DNA of 64,000 nt from Octopus vulgaris (GCA_951406725.2 OX597826.1:82026001-82090000), one strand, 5' to 3'. Positions 1-11,689 are shown, counted from the stretch's first letter. Notes: generated from the letters alone by a model not told the origin. Made by a program: numbers and translations.

Positions 1-98
1 GTGGAATAGGGGGAGTGTGGGTAAGCGTGGTCATACTAACTTTCACAAAAGCTGTCTCACACTCAAGGTAGTGTTCGCAGGCGTATCGTCGTAATGAA
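1..98 (-). mobile_element. mariner (Tc1/mariner) transposase relic, second-D to YSPDL region, cut by the window edge
   Basis: The minus strand reads FHYDDTPANTTLSVRQLL then, after a frameshift, SMTTLTHTPYS. This resembles mariner LHHDNAPAHTALSVRQFLAKNSMTTLPHPPYSPDL. Confidence 0.6.
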
Positions 99-153
99 AC
101 TATATCTATGTATGTATGTATGTATGTATGTATGTATGTATGTATGTATCTAT

Positions 154-360
154 ATGTCTGTGTTTGACCCTCCCACCACCACCATTACTTGACAACCGAT
201 GTTGGAGTGTTTACGTCCTCGTAATTTAGCAGTTCGGCAAAACAGGCCGATAGAGTAAGTACTGGGCTTACAAAGAATAAGTTCTCGGATCGATTTGTTC
301 GACTAAAGGCGGTGCTTCAGCATGGCCACAATCAAATGACCGAAACAAATAAAAGAATAT
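154..360 (+). mobile_element. SINE family A (CORE-like octopus SINE), 3' half
   Basis: Matches the 3' half of the full copies at 45150-45529 and 61334-61720 (gacaaccgatg...gttcggcaaaa...ggcggtgc..cagcatggcc...aaatgac.gaaacaa.taaaagaata). Confidence 0.85.
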
Positions 361-927
361 ATGTATATTCTCAACTAGCTTCCCTTTAAAGCTTTGATTA
401 AATTAAATCCATGTTTAACTGATGGGATTTCAGTTTTAGCGTCGCTGGCGATCACAGTTTTTCCCTTTGGTAAGGGAGTCGTCAGCAAATTCTCTCCAAA
501 TTACCCAAAGAAGACTTGCTTTGTTGCCTTCTTGTCCATTTTAAACAATATCGAGAGAACCTGTTAGGGGCAGAATACAGTAAAGAGAGGGGATGGGAGA
601 AGGAGAGCTGAATTGAGGGGGGGGAGGAAAAAACGAATTTTCGCTCTTCTTTAATTCTATAAATAGATCACACAAAAATAAAATTACGAGAGAAGTAAGG
701 AACAATCTAGATTTCCCCACTCGTATACGTACTTCATATACAATTGATCAAATGGAGAAGGTTAAAAACAATATTTAGTCTCCCATAATAAGAATAAGAT
801 TATCTTTTTCGAGAAAATTGCCTGAATAAATTTATGAAAGGAAGGTAATCCCGTATCCATTTCTTTCTTTTCCAGTCTGTTCGACTCTCATACGGAAGGA
901 ACTTAAAATTTAATCTGCCTCTTTTTA

Positions 928-928
928 C

Positions 929-1014
<86 letters not shown>

Positions 1015-1032
1015 ATATAAATGTATATATAA

Positions 1033-1104
<72 letters not shown>

Positions 1105-1150
1105 TTTTTTTATATATGTATATATATATATATATATTTATTTATATGTG
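928..1150. repeat. long interrupted (TA)n microsatellite
   Basis: Direct reading. It explains the YIYI ORF at 1011-1217. Confidence 0.95.
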
Positions 1151-1299
1151 TACGCGTGTACAGATGTATTTCCATCATGAGAGAGAGAGTGATGCAAGTT
1201 ATGCCATAAATCTCTGAAACGTGTGACAGACGAATCCGATAAAACTGACACTCAATTTAGAAAGCTAATTTTAACAATATATACGACGACATGTTTTAC

Positions 1300-1980
1300 T
1301 CGAAACGTGCTCTGTTGATACTACGACTGAGATTTTTTTTTGAAGTTGTTTGTTTTAGTTCCTTAGCTGGAGCAATACGGTTTCTCGGTTCAGTATAGCT
1401 TCGATTCGTGACAAACTCCATCTCAGCTTCCGAATTAAATAATAACAGTGGATTATTGCTGTTGTATTTTGTATTTAAACAACAAGGTATCATGGGAAAG
1501 ATATTGTAACAGAAAAAAAATTACAATCTTCCGATTTTTAATTGTTTTATCATCTGACTCTTAATTCGTTTCAGAACGTAGGTTGTTTTGGGATTTACAG
1601 TTTGCCGTTAATTTACCATCTCTACGTAACAGAGATTTGTAGAGAATCGAGTCCAGTAGTTTTTCTGTGTAGAGATCTCTTGTGTTCTCGATTACGATAT
1701 GCTCTGATGGCTCATCGTCGTCAATGAATGGTCAGCTGATCTGAAAGTCACGCAATTACGTGTCCGATATAATAGGCTGAGTCATTACTTTTACAACTTC
1801 CATGCTTACACTACCATTTGTGATGTTTTGCGCGAGAATCGGCATTCTAGAATAAGATGCTTTGATAGTATTCTTTAAGATCATAAAATACCTTCGTTCG
1901 GACAAAAAAATATTAGTTGATTCAAGAAAAGACAATTTTGGTCGTTGGTAATTGTTACTACCGCTTGCATGTTAAACGTT
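1300..1980 (-). mobile_element. degenerate Penelope-like element, RT C-terminus/linker toward the GIY-YIG region
   Basis: The minus strand near 1820-1890 reads ILKNTIKASYSRMPILAQNI (compare PLE IFNRNTIKVSYSCMPN). Near 1580-1610 it reads ANCKSQN (compare CPLxGNCLSxN). Many stops and frameshifts. Confidence 0.5.
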
Positions 1981-1984
1981 GTCG

Positions 1985-3600
1985 TTCTTATTGTTATGTT
2001 TGGAATTTGATTTCTGTTTGTATGAGCTAGTCTTCAGTTTCACCAGGACACCTCAAGGGGCAGCAAGTTCAAATGGGAATTATGCCTAGAATGATTGATA
2101 TCTGCCGTGTTTTAGAGGAAGAATGTAGTTCAGTAAGATGAGTTTGTATTTTAATCGTATACCTTGCGTTCGTATGAAGCATTGTGTTAGAAAATGTGTT
2201 CTTGATAATATGTGAAAAAAGATAGTTTTGAAGTTATATAAACTGTAGTTTACAAGGGATGTGAGCAGTCCTCATAAGTACTATTTTTCCGAACTCTTCT
2301 ATTTTCCGACTTAATGGGATTTGACACAGGTAAAAGCCAGATATTTTGCTACCTTTCATGGGGTATCTACAACCACGGGGATTGTTCTAGTTTCGAGTTT
2401 CCGTATTTTATCGATTTTTATTTCAAGATCTTTGTAATTGCTAAGTTTTTGCTAGGGTTTTGACAGATACTTTTATATCCATTGGGGCAGTCCTATTGAT
2501 TATAGGGACATGATTTTCGTCTGAAATCCTTCAATATAATATCTAGCCTATTTCTCTTAGAATAAACTGAAAAGTTCCATAAGAGTGAAATATGAACTTT
2601 TTCAAACACTGAAAGTGATTTGTGTTCCCAACAGTTTCTTTGATGGGAAAAGTCCATCTTCCTGCAAATTACCCAGCATATCTATCCTGCCTGATGAGAA
2701 ACTTTAAAGGTTGCACGATGAAATGTGTTCGATAGTTTCAGGCAAATTTTTACACACTCGACATTCTGGGCTACTGCAGTTCTTTATAATGTTGGCCTGA
2801 TAGCTTCGTGTAGGTAGGCATTGATCCTGGACTGCTACGATAAACTCTTCCGCCTCTTGTTTTAAACCAGAGGATACTGACCATTGATGGATACAAGTTT
2901 TGTGAACATAGTATTGTTAGCTCTCTCTGGGTTTTTCCTACCATTTGCCGGTTAGATTACTTAAGGCTGCATTTTTTTGTAAGGGTTGTTCTGTGCTTGT
3001 TCTTAGTTTATCTAATTCTGGTACTTCTTGTATTTGGAATTCATTTGAATATTTTCCTGCCTCTCTTGTTACTGTATACAATGTTTTGCTGTTTACATGT
3101 TCCAAAAGAAAAAAAAAATGTATTTAGCTTCCAGTTCTCAGCGTTTTTAGATAAGATTTTATGCAGTCGAAGCAATTTGCAGTGCAGTTCAAATAGTCGG
3201 AGTCCACGGCCTCCTTCGCTTCTTCCTTAATAGAGTCGTTTGATGTCTCCTTTTGGATGGTGCATTCTATTTATTGTCAAACATTTCTGAATTTCTTTTT
3301 GTCAAGCAAACAGATTTCAGATGTTAGTCTATAAATCTTATTGCAAAGCAAAATAACGCCATTGCATAAATAATGCTTCGTTAAGCTATATTGCTGAACT
3401 TTTGACAAATCCCAGGGGCCGGAATAAAGTAACATCATACAAATTGAATTATCCCAGTTTTATGCAAAGCACTCATTGGTGACTAAAACAAATAGCTGAC
3501 GGAAGAGTGGTACATATTCTGACACCTGTTATCAGATAGGTAAGAATAGTAAGTTGGCGGTTTCATGTCCGAAATGAATAGAAATAGGAAAAGCACATGA
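1985..3600 (-). mobile_element. R4/Dong-like (REL-endonuclease) non-LTR retrotransposon, decayed 3' portion
   Basis: Ordered minus-strand motifs: RMHHPKGDIKRL, GGRGL, SSGLKQEAEEFIVAVQDQCLPTRSYQANIIKNCSSPECRVCKNLPETIEHISSC (CCHC knuckle), WEH..ISLLWNFSV..NRLDIILKD (PD motif of REL), KLSNYKDLEIKI..TRTIPVVV, KIVLMRTAHI. Confidence 0.85.
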
Positions 3601-4235
3601 TAACAGAAATAACATTTTTTTTTCCTGTAGGAATATTGAATCCAAGATTGAGGTTTGTTACGAATGAACAAAGGATAACTTTGTGATGATGGATGCTGAT
3701 GAGCAATTTCTATTCAGACATTTGCAACAGCATTTTCATTAGATAAAAAAGAAAAAAAGAAAAATCTTTATCAGACACTATTTTCGTAATATTTAACTGG
3801 GAATTCTCTCCAGTCGCTTGTCAAGCACACTTCCTCTTATCAAAAGCTTAACACTTGGCTGCAAATCTGAAGCAAACGGACATTTTGTTAAACGCAGTTT
3901 CTTAGGAAAATTATATTCGGTTCAGTGTGGATTATTTTGGTAGAGATTCACAACACTACATATCTGATTTGTGCAAATATTGTGAAAAAATGTAAATAGA
4001 ATATACATATTTTAACATAAAGCACATTCCCTGCATTTGTTGCTGGTAACAGGGGATGGGAGGGGGCTGTTTTACTGCTGATGATGTTCTTCTTGCTATT
4101 GCTAATAGCAGTTAGTGGTGCTGTTGTTGTAAAAATTGTGGTTGCTGGGATGCGGAGAATAGAAGTTATGATAACAATGCTGCCATTATTATCATTATTG
4201 TCGCAACAACAACACCAACATCAACAATAATGATT

Positions 4236-4410
4236 TCAAATGTTGGTACGAGGCCAACAATTTTCGGATAAGTTGATTACTTCGACCCCAGTGCACAACT
4301 GGTACTTAATTCATTGATCTCAAAAGGATGAAGGGCAAAGCTAATTTTGGCGAAATTTGAACTCAGAACGTAAAGACGGATGAAATGCCGCGAAGCATTT
4401 TGCTCAGCGT
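4236..4410 (-). mobile_element. SINE family B (tRNA head, Meta-like central domain), diverged
   Basis: cgacccca gtgcacaactggtactta...aaaggatgaagggcaaag...atttgaactcagaacgtaaagacgga is the reverse complement of the family B body. Confidence 0.8.
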
Positions 4411-4564
4411 GAATCTTCTTTCAATTTTGGTTCCGTTTCTTGTCGAGTGTCTCCCTAACACCTAGGGAAGAGAAACTCACTGTAAGCCATTAAAATAAAG
4501 GCACCAGACATTTCGTTTACAAAGTCCTGTGATAGAGAAAAAGGGAAAAAGGAAAGAACATTCA

Positions 4565-4616
<52 letters not shown>

Positions 4617-4830
4617 GGTGGCGAGCTGACAGGATCATTAGCACACTGGGTGAAATGCCTAGCGGTATTTCGTCTGCCGCTATATTCTGAGTTCAAATTC
4701 CGCCAAGGTCGGTTTTATATTTCATTATTTCGAGGTTGATATATTAAGTACCAGTGAAACACTGGGGTCGATGTAATCTGCTGGACCCCCATCCTCCTAC
4801 ACTTCAGGCCTTGTGTCTTCAGTAGAAAAG
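4617..4830 (+). mobile_element. SINE family B, tail type 2
   Basis: Head ggtggcgagctgacagg, B-box-like gagttcaaattcc, body ...aagtaccagtgaaacactggggtcgatgtaatc, tail tcaggccttgtg. It follows an (ATT)n tract. Confidence 0.85.
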
Positions 4831-5062
4831 AGAAAAGACTATTATTTTGGGTTTGGCTCAGGTCCAGTCTTATTCCTGGCAGGATTTATGTGGGTAACGG
4901 GTTACTACCTGTAACCTTAGCTATCCACAAGTTTTCAACTGCCTTTCAAGTGCTTAGAACCCTTCCTGACAATCCTTGCTGTCGTTAAGAGATAAACTTT
5001 TTGTAGGAGCTCTACAGGGCAATCTATTCGAATTTCCTTCAGCCATTTGAGTATATCTTCGC

Positions 5063-5290
5063 TTATTATTACAGGCGTTGCACAATATACAATATCGTGA
5101 GGTTGTTGATTGAAGATATTGTGCCGACCGGGGGTTTGTACTGTTTGTCAAGAAACAACAGGGACCTCGGACAGACAATACTTTATGCAATATGCATGCA
5201 GTTCCAAGTAATGCCGACTTTTGCAACGCATCTAGATTGTAGAGTATTTCTAAGGTTTTCAGATGTTTTTTTTCAGATTGGGTGATATTG
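5063..5290 (-). mobile_element. R4/Dong-like LINE extreme 3' end
   Basis: ORF 4954..5346 contains YNLDALQKSALLGTACILHKVLSV, the typical C-terminus LQKxALLGTAxILRKVL. Confidence 0.8.
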
Positions 5291-5397
5291 AACCCAATGC
5301 TCCGATAGCATATCGTCATCATAATCATCATTGTTATTATTATCATTATTTTAAAGACAGCGAGCTGGCAGAGTCGTTGGAGCGTCGAACAAAATGA

Positions 5398-5428
<31 letters not shown>

Positions 5429-5999
5429 TAGTATATATTTTTACTTTTCTAAATGCACAATTCAGTATCGTTTTATGTTTATATTCTAACAAACATTGAC
5501 ATAATGACGACGGTGGTGACGTGTGTGTGAGTGTGTATGTGTGAGTGTGTGAGTGTGTGTGTGTGTGTGTGTTTGTGTGTGTGTGTGAGTGAGTGTGTGT
5601 GTGTGTGTATGTGTGTGTATGTGGGGTGTATATAAAAGAAATTCAGTGTTATTGTCTGTTATATTTTTGTATGTAAAGAAGAACTGACAAGGTATTTCAC
5701 TTGCAATATTGCCTGTCCTTAAAGTAAATCAGTTTATAAAGCTGTAAAGATTATGTGGAGAGGAAATAATTCGTTGCTCAACAGCTATTAACATAGAGAG
5801 ATATTGCTTGCTTCTGATTTTGTTTCAAGCTATATCTCCAATATTTTCAATTTCTTACAAGATCTGGCATGTTTTTACATATTCCTATACAAACCAAAAT
5901 GTCATTCTCTTCAAATATAAACAATATTTCGCCAACATCGTATTTAATAACGAAATTTGAAAAGAAAAAAGTAAATTAAATCAAGATACCCAATCACTA

Positions 6000-6341
6000 T
6001 TACGCGTAGACGAATATCTCGATGTCTATGGATGCGGATATATATATGTGTATGTGTGCGTGTGTGTGTGTGTGTATGTCTGTGTGTGTGTGCACGCGTG
6101 CGTGTGTATGTATGTGTATGTGTGTATCTAGATATACATACATGTGTGAAATATTAATAATGGCCATTATGAGTATGCATGCATACATATATATGTGTGC
6201 ATGTATGCATATATATAATGCACATATATATACGCATAATATATATAGATATACATACATATATATATATCTACATACACACACACTCACACACATATAT
6301 ATATATACATACATATATATATATCTACATACACACACACT

Positions 6342-6421
<80 letters not shown>

Positions 6422-6560
6422 GTATATGGATAATGTATATAAATTTACACATATATATATACATTTTCAAACACACACGTATATGTGTATGTATATGTGC
6501 GTGTTCATGTATAAATGTGTATATAAGTATATTTATGTGTAAACGTGCGTAGACACACAC
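6000..6560. repeat. compound TG/CA/TA microsatellite with an internal ~58-bp tandem duplication (~6250-6360)
   Basis: atctacatacacacacactcacacacatat occurs twice. This tract is the source of several spurious ORFs. Confidence 0.9.
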
Positions 6561-6574
6561 GCAAGTATATATAG

Positions 6575-6718
6575 TGGAGGCGTGCGGCGTAGCGCTTGGG
6601 ATGTTGGATTCATGATCGTAAGACTTTGGTTTCAACTCCTGGACTACGCGATGCCTTGTGATCTTGAGCAAAACACTTAATTTCACGTTTCTCCACTCCG
6701 CTCAGCTGGTAAAAATGC
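6575..6718 (+). mobile_element. SINE family D (tRNA-derived head plus CORE-like body), truncated
   Basis: tggaggcgtgcggcgtagcgcttggg...ggtttcaactcctgg (A/B-box-like), followed by ttgtgatcttgagcaaaacacttaatttcac. Confidence 0.7.
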
Positions 6719-6790
6719 CCAGGGGTTAAATATATATACACCACGGAAAGCGGGAAATCGTCCGCAGGATTCGAGAATGATACTTCATAC

Positions 6791-6858
<68 letters not shown>

Positions 6859-7890
6859 AGAGAGAGAGAGAGAGATAAACGCCATAATTTTAACTGCATA
6901 TAAGGATACACATGTATACATGCACATTCTTAAATATGCACACGTACATATACGTAGATATGTAAAACTGTGTATCGGTAAACCAAAATATTCTTTCCCA
7001 GGTAAAATTTCGTTCTTTATACCTAAAAATTTCGTTCGATCGATAACCAATCAATCATATTTACCATAATAAAATAATTGTTTGGACATTTCAAAGTGTT
7101 AGTCGCTTTGTGGGTTGACGCTATCGAGTCACTTCCGTGGACCATTAATCATAAAATGGTTTTTCTTTGATTTTAATGATCAGGAACTTTGAATGAAACG
7201 ATGTCAGGTCTTTTGTTCTGATTTGATCAAAATAGCAGTCATATTCGGAAAACTGCAAAAAACGCTGGTCCAGGGTCAACAATCTTACCTGCGATGTTCT
7301 TCGGGATGAAAAACATCACAAAAGATTTGGTACAACTGACTGGACAAACAGTTTGATTTGGTGCCTCTAATTTTTGGCACTGGAGGAAAACGCACGCGCA
7401 TTCGCAGAAATAGACATATAAAGAGGAAGAGAGAGTGAGAGAGGAGGGAAAGAGGAAAGAAGGAGAGAAATGTTAAAATATAACGAGTGACACCAAGATG
7501 GCTGTGCTAAAACGACTGTGCAACCGATGTGCTTATTCCTAACTTCCTATCTTGATATTTAAGTGCCAAAGATATTGCAGTGCCGTTTAGTAATGTCGAT
7601 GAGAGGGGTTTTGTTGGTTACAGGGGTTTTATTTAATGCGCTCGATAATAACTCTACTTCGCAGGTTGAGGGGTTTCGAAACGTTATATTGTGGAGCCGC
7701 ACCGTTTTAGTTTTCCAGATGTTTGTCTTTCAAGGAGTATCAACAATACCTTAGCATTCACGTTGTTGATGAAGGGGCAAAATGCATGCATCGTAGATGT
7801 TTAGGGTAAAGTTTCGCACGCAGCTGCTCGCATTTGTTTTTGATAAACAGCGGATACAATCTGAAAGTACTTGGGAAGCAATTGGTGATG

Positions 7891-8011
<121 letters not shown>

Positions 8012-8046
8012 GAGAGGCGAACTGGTTTGCAACACTGGTTTCCGCA

Positions 8047-8262
8047 TTAATTCTTTCTACCATAGGCACAAGGCCTGAAATTTGGGGGAGGGGACTAGTC
8101 GATTACATCGACCCCAGTGCGTAACTGGTACTTAATTTATCGACTCCGAAAGGATGAAAGGCAAAGTTGACCTCGGCGGAATTTGAACTCAGAACGTAGC
8201 GATGGGCGAAATACCGCTATGCATTTCGTCCAGCGCGCTAACGATTCTGCCAGCTCGCCGCC
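8047..8262 (-). mobile_element. SINE family B, full length, tail type 2
   Basis: The reverse complement starts ggcggcgagctggcagaatcgttagc, has the B box gagttcaaattcc and body gcctttcatcctttcggagtcgataaattaagtaccag, and ends cccctcccccaaatttcaggccttgtgcctatggtagaaagaa. Confidence 0.92.
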
Positions 8263-8586
8263 TGATGTGTGGAGGTAGTAACTTTGCCATTTCACATTCT
8301 TTCTGCATTGTATGACTTTTGGTGGTTGTTGCTCGCCTTTGACGCGCATTTAGTTTTCTTCAAGTAACAAATGCATTCCAACTATACACTGTCAGAAATC
8401 ACATCCTTAGTAAATATGGTGTCATCCAGGGATAAGTAAGTTCAATTCGCGGTGAAGCTGTTAGTCACATAAAGAGACCCATCCATCCATCCATCCCTCT
8501 ATCTATACATGCATCCATCCATCCATCCATCCATCTATCTATACATGCATACAAGCGCACACATAGACATACGTACATACATACAA

Positions 8587-8673
<87 letters not shown>

Positions 8674-8887
8674 TGTTTGTGTGAATGCATGATCAAAAAC
8701 ATACATGAAATGGATAGCTACTTGAGGGGAAAACGACAACGGTGCGAAAATAATGATTTCACTGAATGAGTCGCTAAATGACATGCTAGAAATAACAGCC
8801 AAGTATCCTTCACATTACAACCAAGACTACTATATTAATTGTGAGAGCGTGTGTATATCATACACGCTTTTGCGAAAGAGAGAGAGA

Positions 8888-8934
<47 letters not shown>

Positions 8935-9635
8935 GGAGGGAGGGAGAGAGAGAGAGAGTGCGAATTTATCTATGTATACATAAATGCATTTCTAGAAAAA
9001 TTGAGAGTTGAGGATGGAAGAACAGAAAGAAAAACTGAAAGATCCAATAATTATTTCCTGATTTGTAATTTCCGATGTGTAACTCAGAAAAAATCCGAAG
9101 AAATTTCCAAGAGCAATTATAAATTTAAAAACTTCCGGAGGAAGTTCCTCGTACTGAAATTTCTTACTATCCTTTTTTTTTAATTATATATTTTGGACTT
9201 TACACTACAGTGTGGCCTTCCTTTTACAAAATGCTAGGCTTGCAATTGAAGGGATAGGATGATATTTCTGGCAGATGGAATGGTTATAGAGAGACTCCTT
9301 CACTGAACAGCTATTTCTTACGGAGACAACCTGGTCATGGACAAAACATTGTATTAGGCTATTATTTACGGATACACACACGCACACACACACATTACTC
9401 TCATATATATATATATATATATATATTATGTGAAATAGAAAGATGAATAATCTTGTAGTAGATTAATCAAAAGTTTAACCGATACCTTAGTAGCAAAAAT
9501 CACAGCAGTAAACAGCACGGTTGGAGGTACAACCATATGGTGTTGCAACCGTGCGTTGGTGCGGATAATTGAAATTAAAATATTATTGGTGAATTGAAGA
9601 AATGGAGCTGAACGCAGATTGAACAGAAATCGTTT

Positions 9636-9729
9636 TATTTCATTCTACACGTGTTTCGAAAGGCACAATTTGCCAAAATCCGATTGAATAATGGGACCAT
9701 ATTGTGTCTTTCTCTTCAGGAAGAAAATA
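9636..9729 (-). ncRNA. type I hammerhead ribozyme (minus-strand copy)
   Basis: RNA: UAUUUUCUUC-CUGAAGA-GAAAGACACAAU...AUUGUGCCUUUC-GAAA-C-ACGU-GUA^GAAUGAAAUA. Core boxes are intact, stem II has 11/12 pairs and stem I 9/10 pairs. Confidence 0.8.
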
Positions 9730-9889
9730 GGAAATCCGTTGGAAAAAACAAAAACAGAACAGAGGCGGAGCAAAAACAAATCGAACTAGGCTCCTAAGAG
9801 CCCATGGCGAAACTGTTTCGCCATGGGCTCTTAGGAGATTTGTTTTTGCTCCGCCTCTGTTCTGTTTTTGTTTTTTCCAACGGATTTCC

Positions 9890-9981
9890 TATTTTCTTCC
9901 TGAAGAGAAAGACAATATGGTCCCATTATTCAATCGGATTTTGGTAAATTGTGCCTTTCGAAACACGTGTAGAATGAAATA
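9890..9981 (+). ncRNA. type I hammerhead ribozyme (plus-strand copy)
   Basis: CUGAAGA at 9900-9906, stem II GAAAG-ACAAU...AUUGU-GC-CUUUC, GAAA at 9960-9963, palindromic ACACGUGU stem III, and a GUA triplet ending at 9971. Stem I pairs 9890-9899 with 9972-9981. Confidence 0.8.
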
Positions 9982-10027
9982 AAACGATTTCTGTTCAATC
10001 TGCGTTCAGCTCCATTTCTTCAATTCA

Positions 10028-10092
<65 letters not shown>

Positions 10093-10102
10093 TTATATAC
10101 AC

Positions 10103-10152
<50 letters not shown>

Positions 10153-10155
<3 letters not shown>

Positions 10156-10421
10156 GCGCAATGGCCTAGTGGTTAGGGCAGCGGACTCGCGGTTTCGATT
10201 CCCAGACCGGGCGTTGTGTGTGTTTACTGAGCGAAAACACCTAAAAGCTCCACGAGGCTCCGGCAGGGGGTGGTGATCCCTGCTGTACTCTTTCACCACT
10301 CGTTCTTCTGTTGGAACTGCTCGCTTAGCCAGCGGGGTGGCGTCATTCGAAGGCTAAAACAATGCGAACGCATTGTGACCAGCGATGTGTAACTACATTG
10401 GTCGGTCACGTTATCACGTGA
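10153..10421 (+). mobile_element. SINE family C (tRNA-derived head), inserted in (TA)n
   Basis: gaggcgcaatggcctagtggttagg (A box), ggtttcgattccc (B box), then the body aaaacacctaaaagctccacgaggctccggca shared with 26051-26366. Confidence 0.85.
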
Positions 10422-10461
10422 TATATATATATGAATATATATATATATACATACATATATA

Positions 10462-10765
10462 GGCGCACGCTTGGCTGTGTGGTAAATAGCTTGCTTTCCA
10501 GAGCCAGTTCAGTCCTACTGCGTGACACCTTAGGTCAGTGTCTTTTACTATAGCTTCGTGCCTTCGTGAGTAGATTTGGTAGATGGAAACTGAAAGAAGC
10601 CCTCGTACATGTGTATGTGTGTTTGCGTGTCTGTGTTTGTACCCGCACCATCAGTGGACAACCGATGTTGGTTTGTTTCTGTCCCCGTAACTTAGCGGTT
10701 CGGCAAAACAGACCGATAGAATAAATAGTAGGCTTACAGGGAATAAGTCCTGGGGTCGATTTGTG
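10462..10765 (+). mobile_element. SINE family A (CORE-like), internally deleted and 3'-truncated
   Basis: ggcgcacgcttggctgtgtggtaa head, gttcagtcctactgcgtgacacc, gatttggtagatggaaactgaaagaagccc, cttagcggttcggcaaaa. Confidence 0.85.
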
Positions 10766-11091
10766 ATGTAAACGCTGTAATGGGTAGGTCCCTGCCGATG
10801 CAAAAGCCACACTGAGCGGAATTTGGAAGATTGCGCCCACCAAAAGGAAAAAAAAAAAAAGATAGAGGTCAGTTATCCTTGATCTCGTGACCCTTTCAGA
10901 TGATGTGGCAGGTCAGTAAGGTCAGTGAGATATATGAGTGTATATTAATATATAGACGTAAATATACACTGCTGTGGTAGGAAGAGGAAGAGGAAGATTT
11001 ATGTTTGTACACGCACACGTGCGCCTTCATGTGTTTATGCAAGTATGTGTATATAGATATAAGCATATATATATATATACACATACACACA

Positions 11092-11139
<48 letters not shown>

Positions 11140-11219
11140 TAAATATATGCATATATGTGTATATATGTGTGTGTGTGTGCGTGTGCGTGTGTGTATGTAC
11201 ACACACATAGTATTTCTTT

Positions 11220-11410
11220 CCGTGCTCAGTTCTAATAATTTCAAATTTTGGGAAAAGGCCTGTACTAATTTTGTAGGAGGGGAAGGGATCAGTCGGTGAT
11301 GAAGTGATACTTGTTTGATCGACCCCGAGAGGATAAAAGGCAAAGTCGACCTCGGCGGAAATTGAGCTCAGAACACGAAGACAGACGAAATGCCTCTAAG
11401 CATTTTACCC
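11220..11410 (-). mobile_element. SINE family B, diverged
   Basis: atcgaccccgagaggataaaaggcaaagtcgacctcggcggaaattgagctcagaac is the reverse complement of the family B body. Confidence 0.8.
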
Positions 11411-11583
11411 AAGTATACTTTTGTAGAGTACAAATTTATAATTCTTGTACAAGAATGTTGTGACAGCGACTTTGAAGTTTCGGCCAGCTAAACCATCGGC
11501 CGGCTTAGCTATCAAGAATATATATGTGTGTGTGTGTGTGTATATACACATACACATACACGCACACATATATACTCACACAC

Positions 11584-11625
<42 letters not shown>

Positions 11626-11689
11626 TAATCGTAAGGCAATAGAAATAATGTTGCTATTGGTATGAACATGAATATTAAAAGCGAATAAG

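Larger units (their letters stand above)
9427..10029. mobile_element. Penelope-like terminal (pLTR-like) sequence present as an inverted pair, inserted between (TA)n tracts
   Basis: Arms 9588-9813 and 9815-10029 are reverse complements. Each contains a hammerhead followed by AATAAA. The minus-strand copy extends ~160 nt further (9427-9587). Flanked by (TA)n at ~9403-9426 and from 10030. Confidence 0.7.

Noticed and set aside
2689-2745. ctgatgagaaact...agtttc as a hammerhead
   Set aside because: No GAAA follows the stem, and it lies antisense within LINE coding sequence.
7200-7300. Merlin/ISXO2-like transposase relic (KNAGPGSTI)
   Set aside because: A single short motif, insufficient without a profile search.
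7372-7395. ttggcactggaggaa, resembling the miR-96/263 family
   Set aside because: Only a partial match, and there is no pre-miRNA hairpin.
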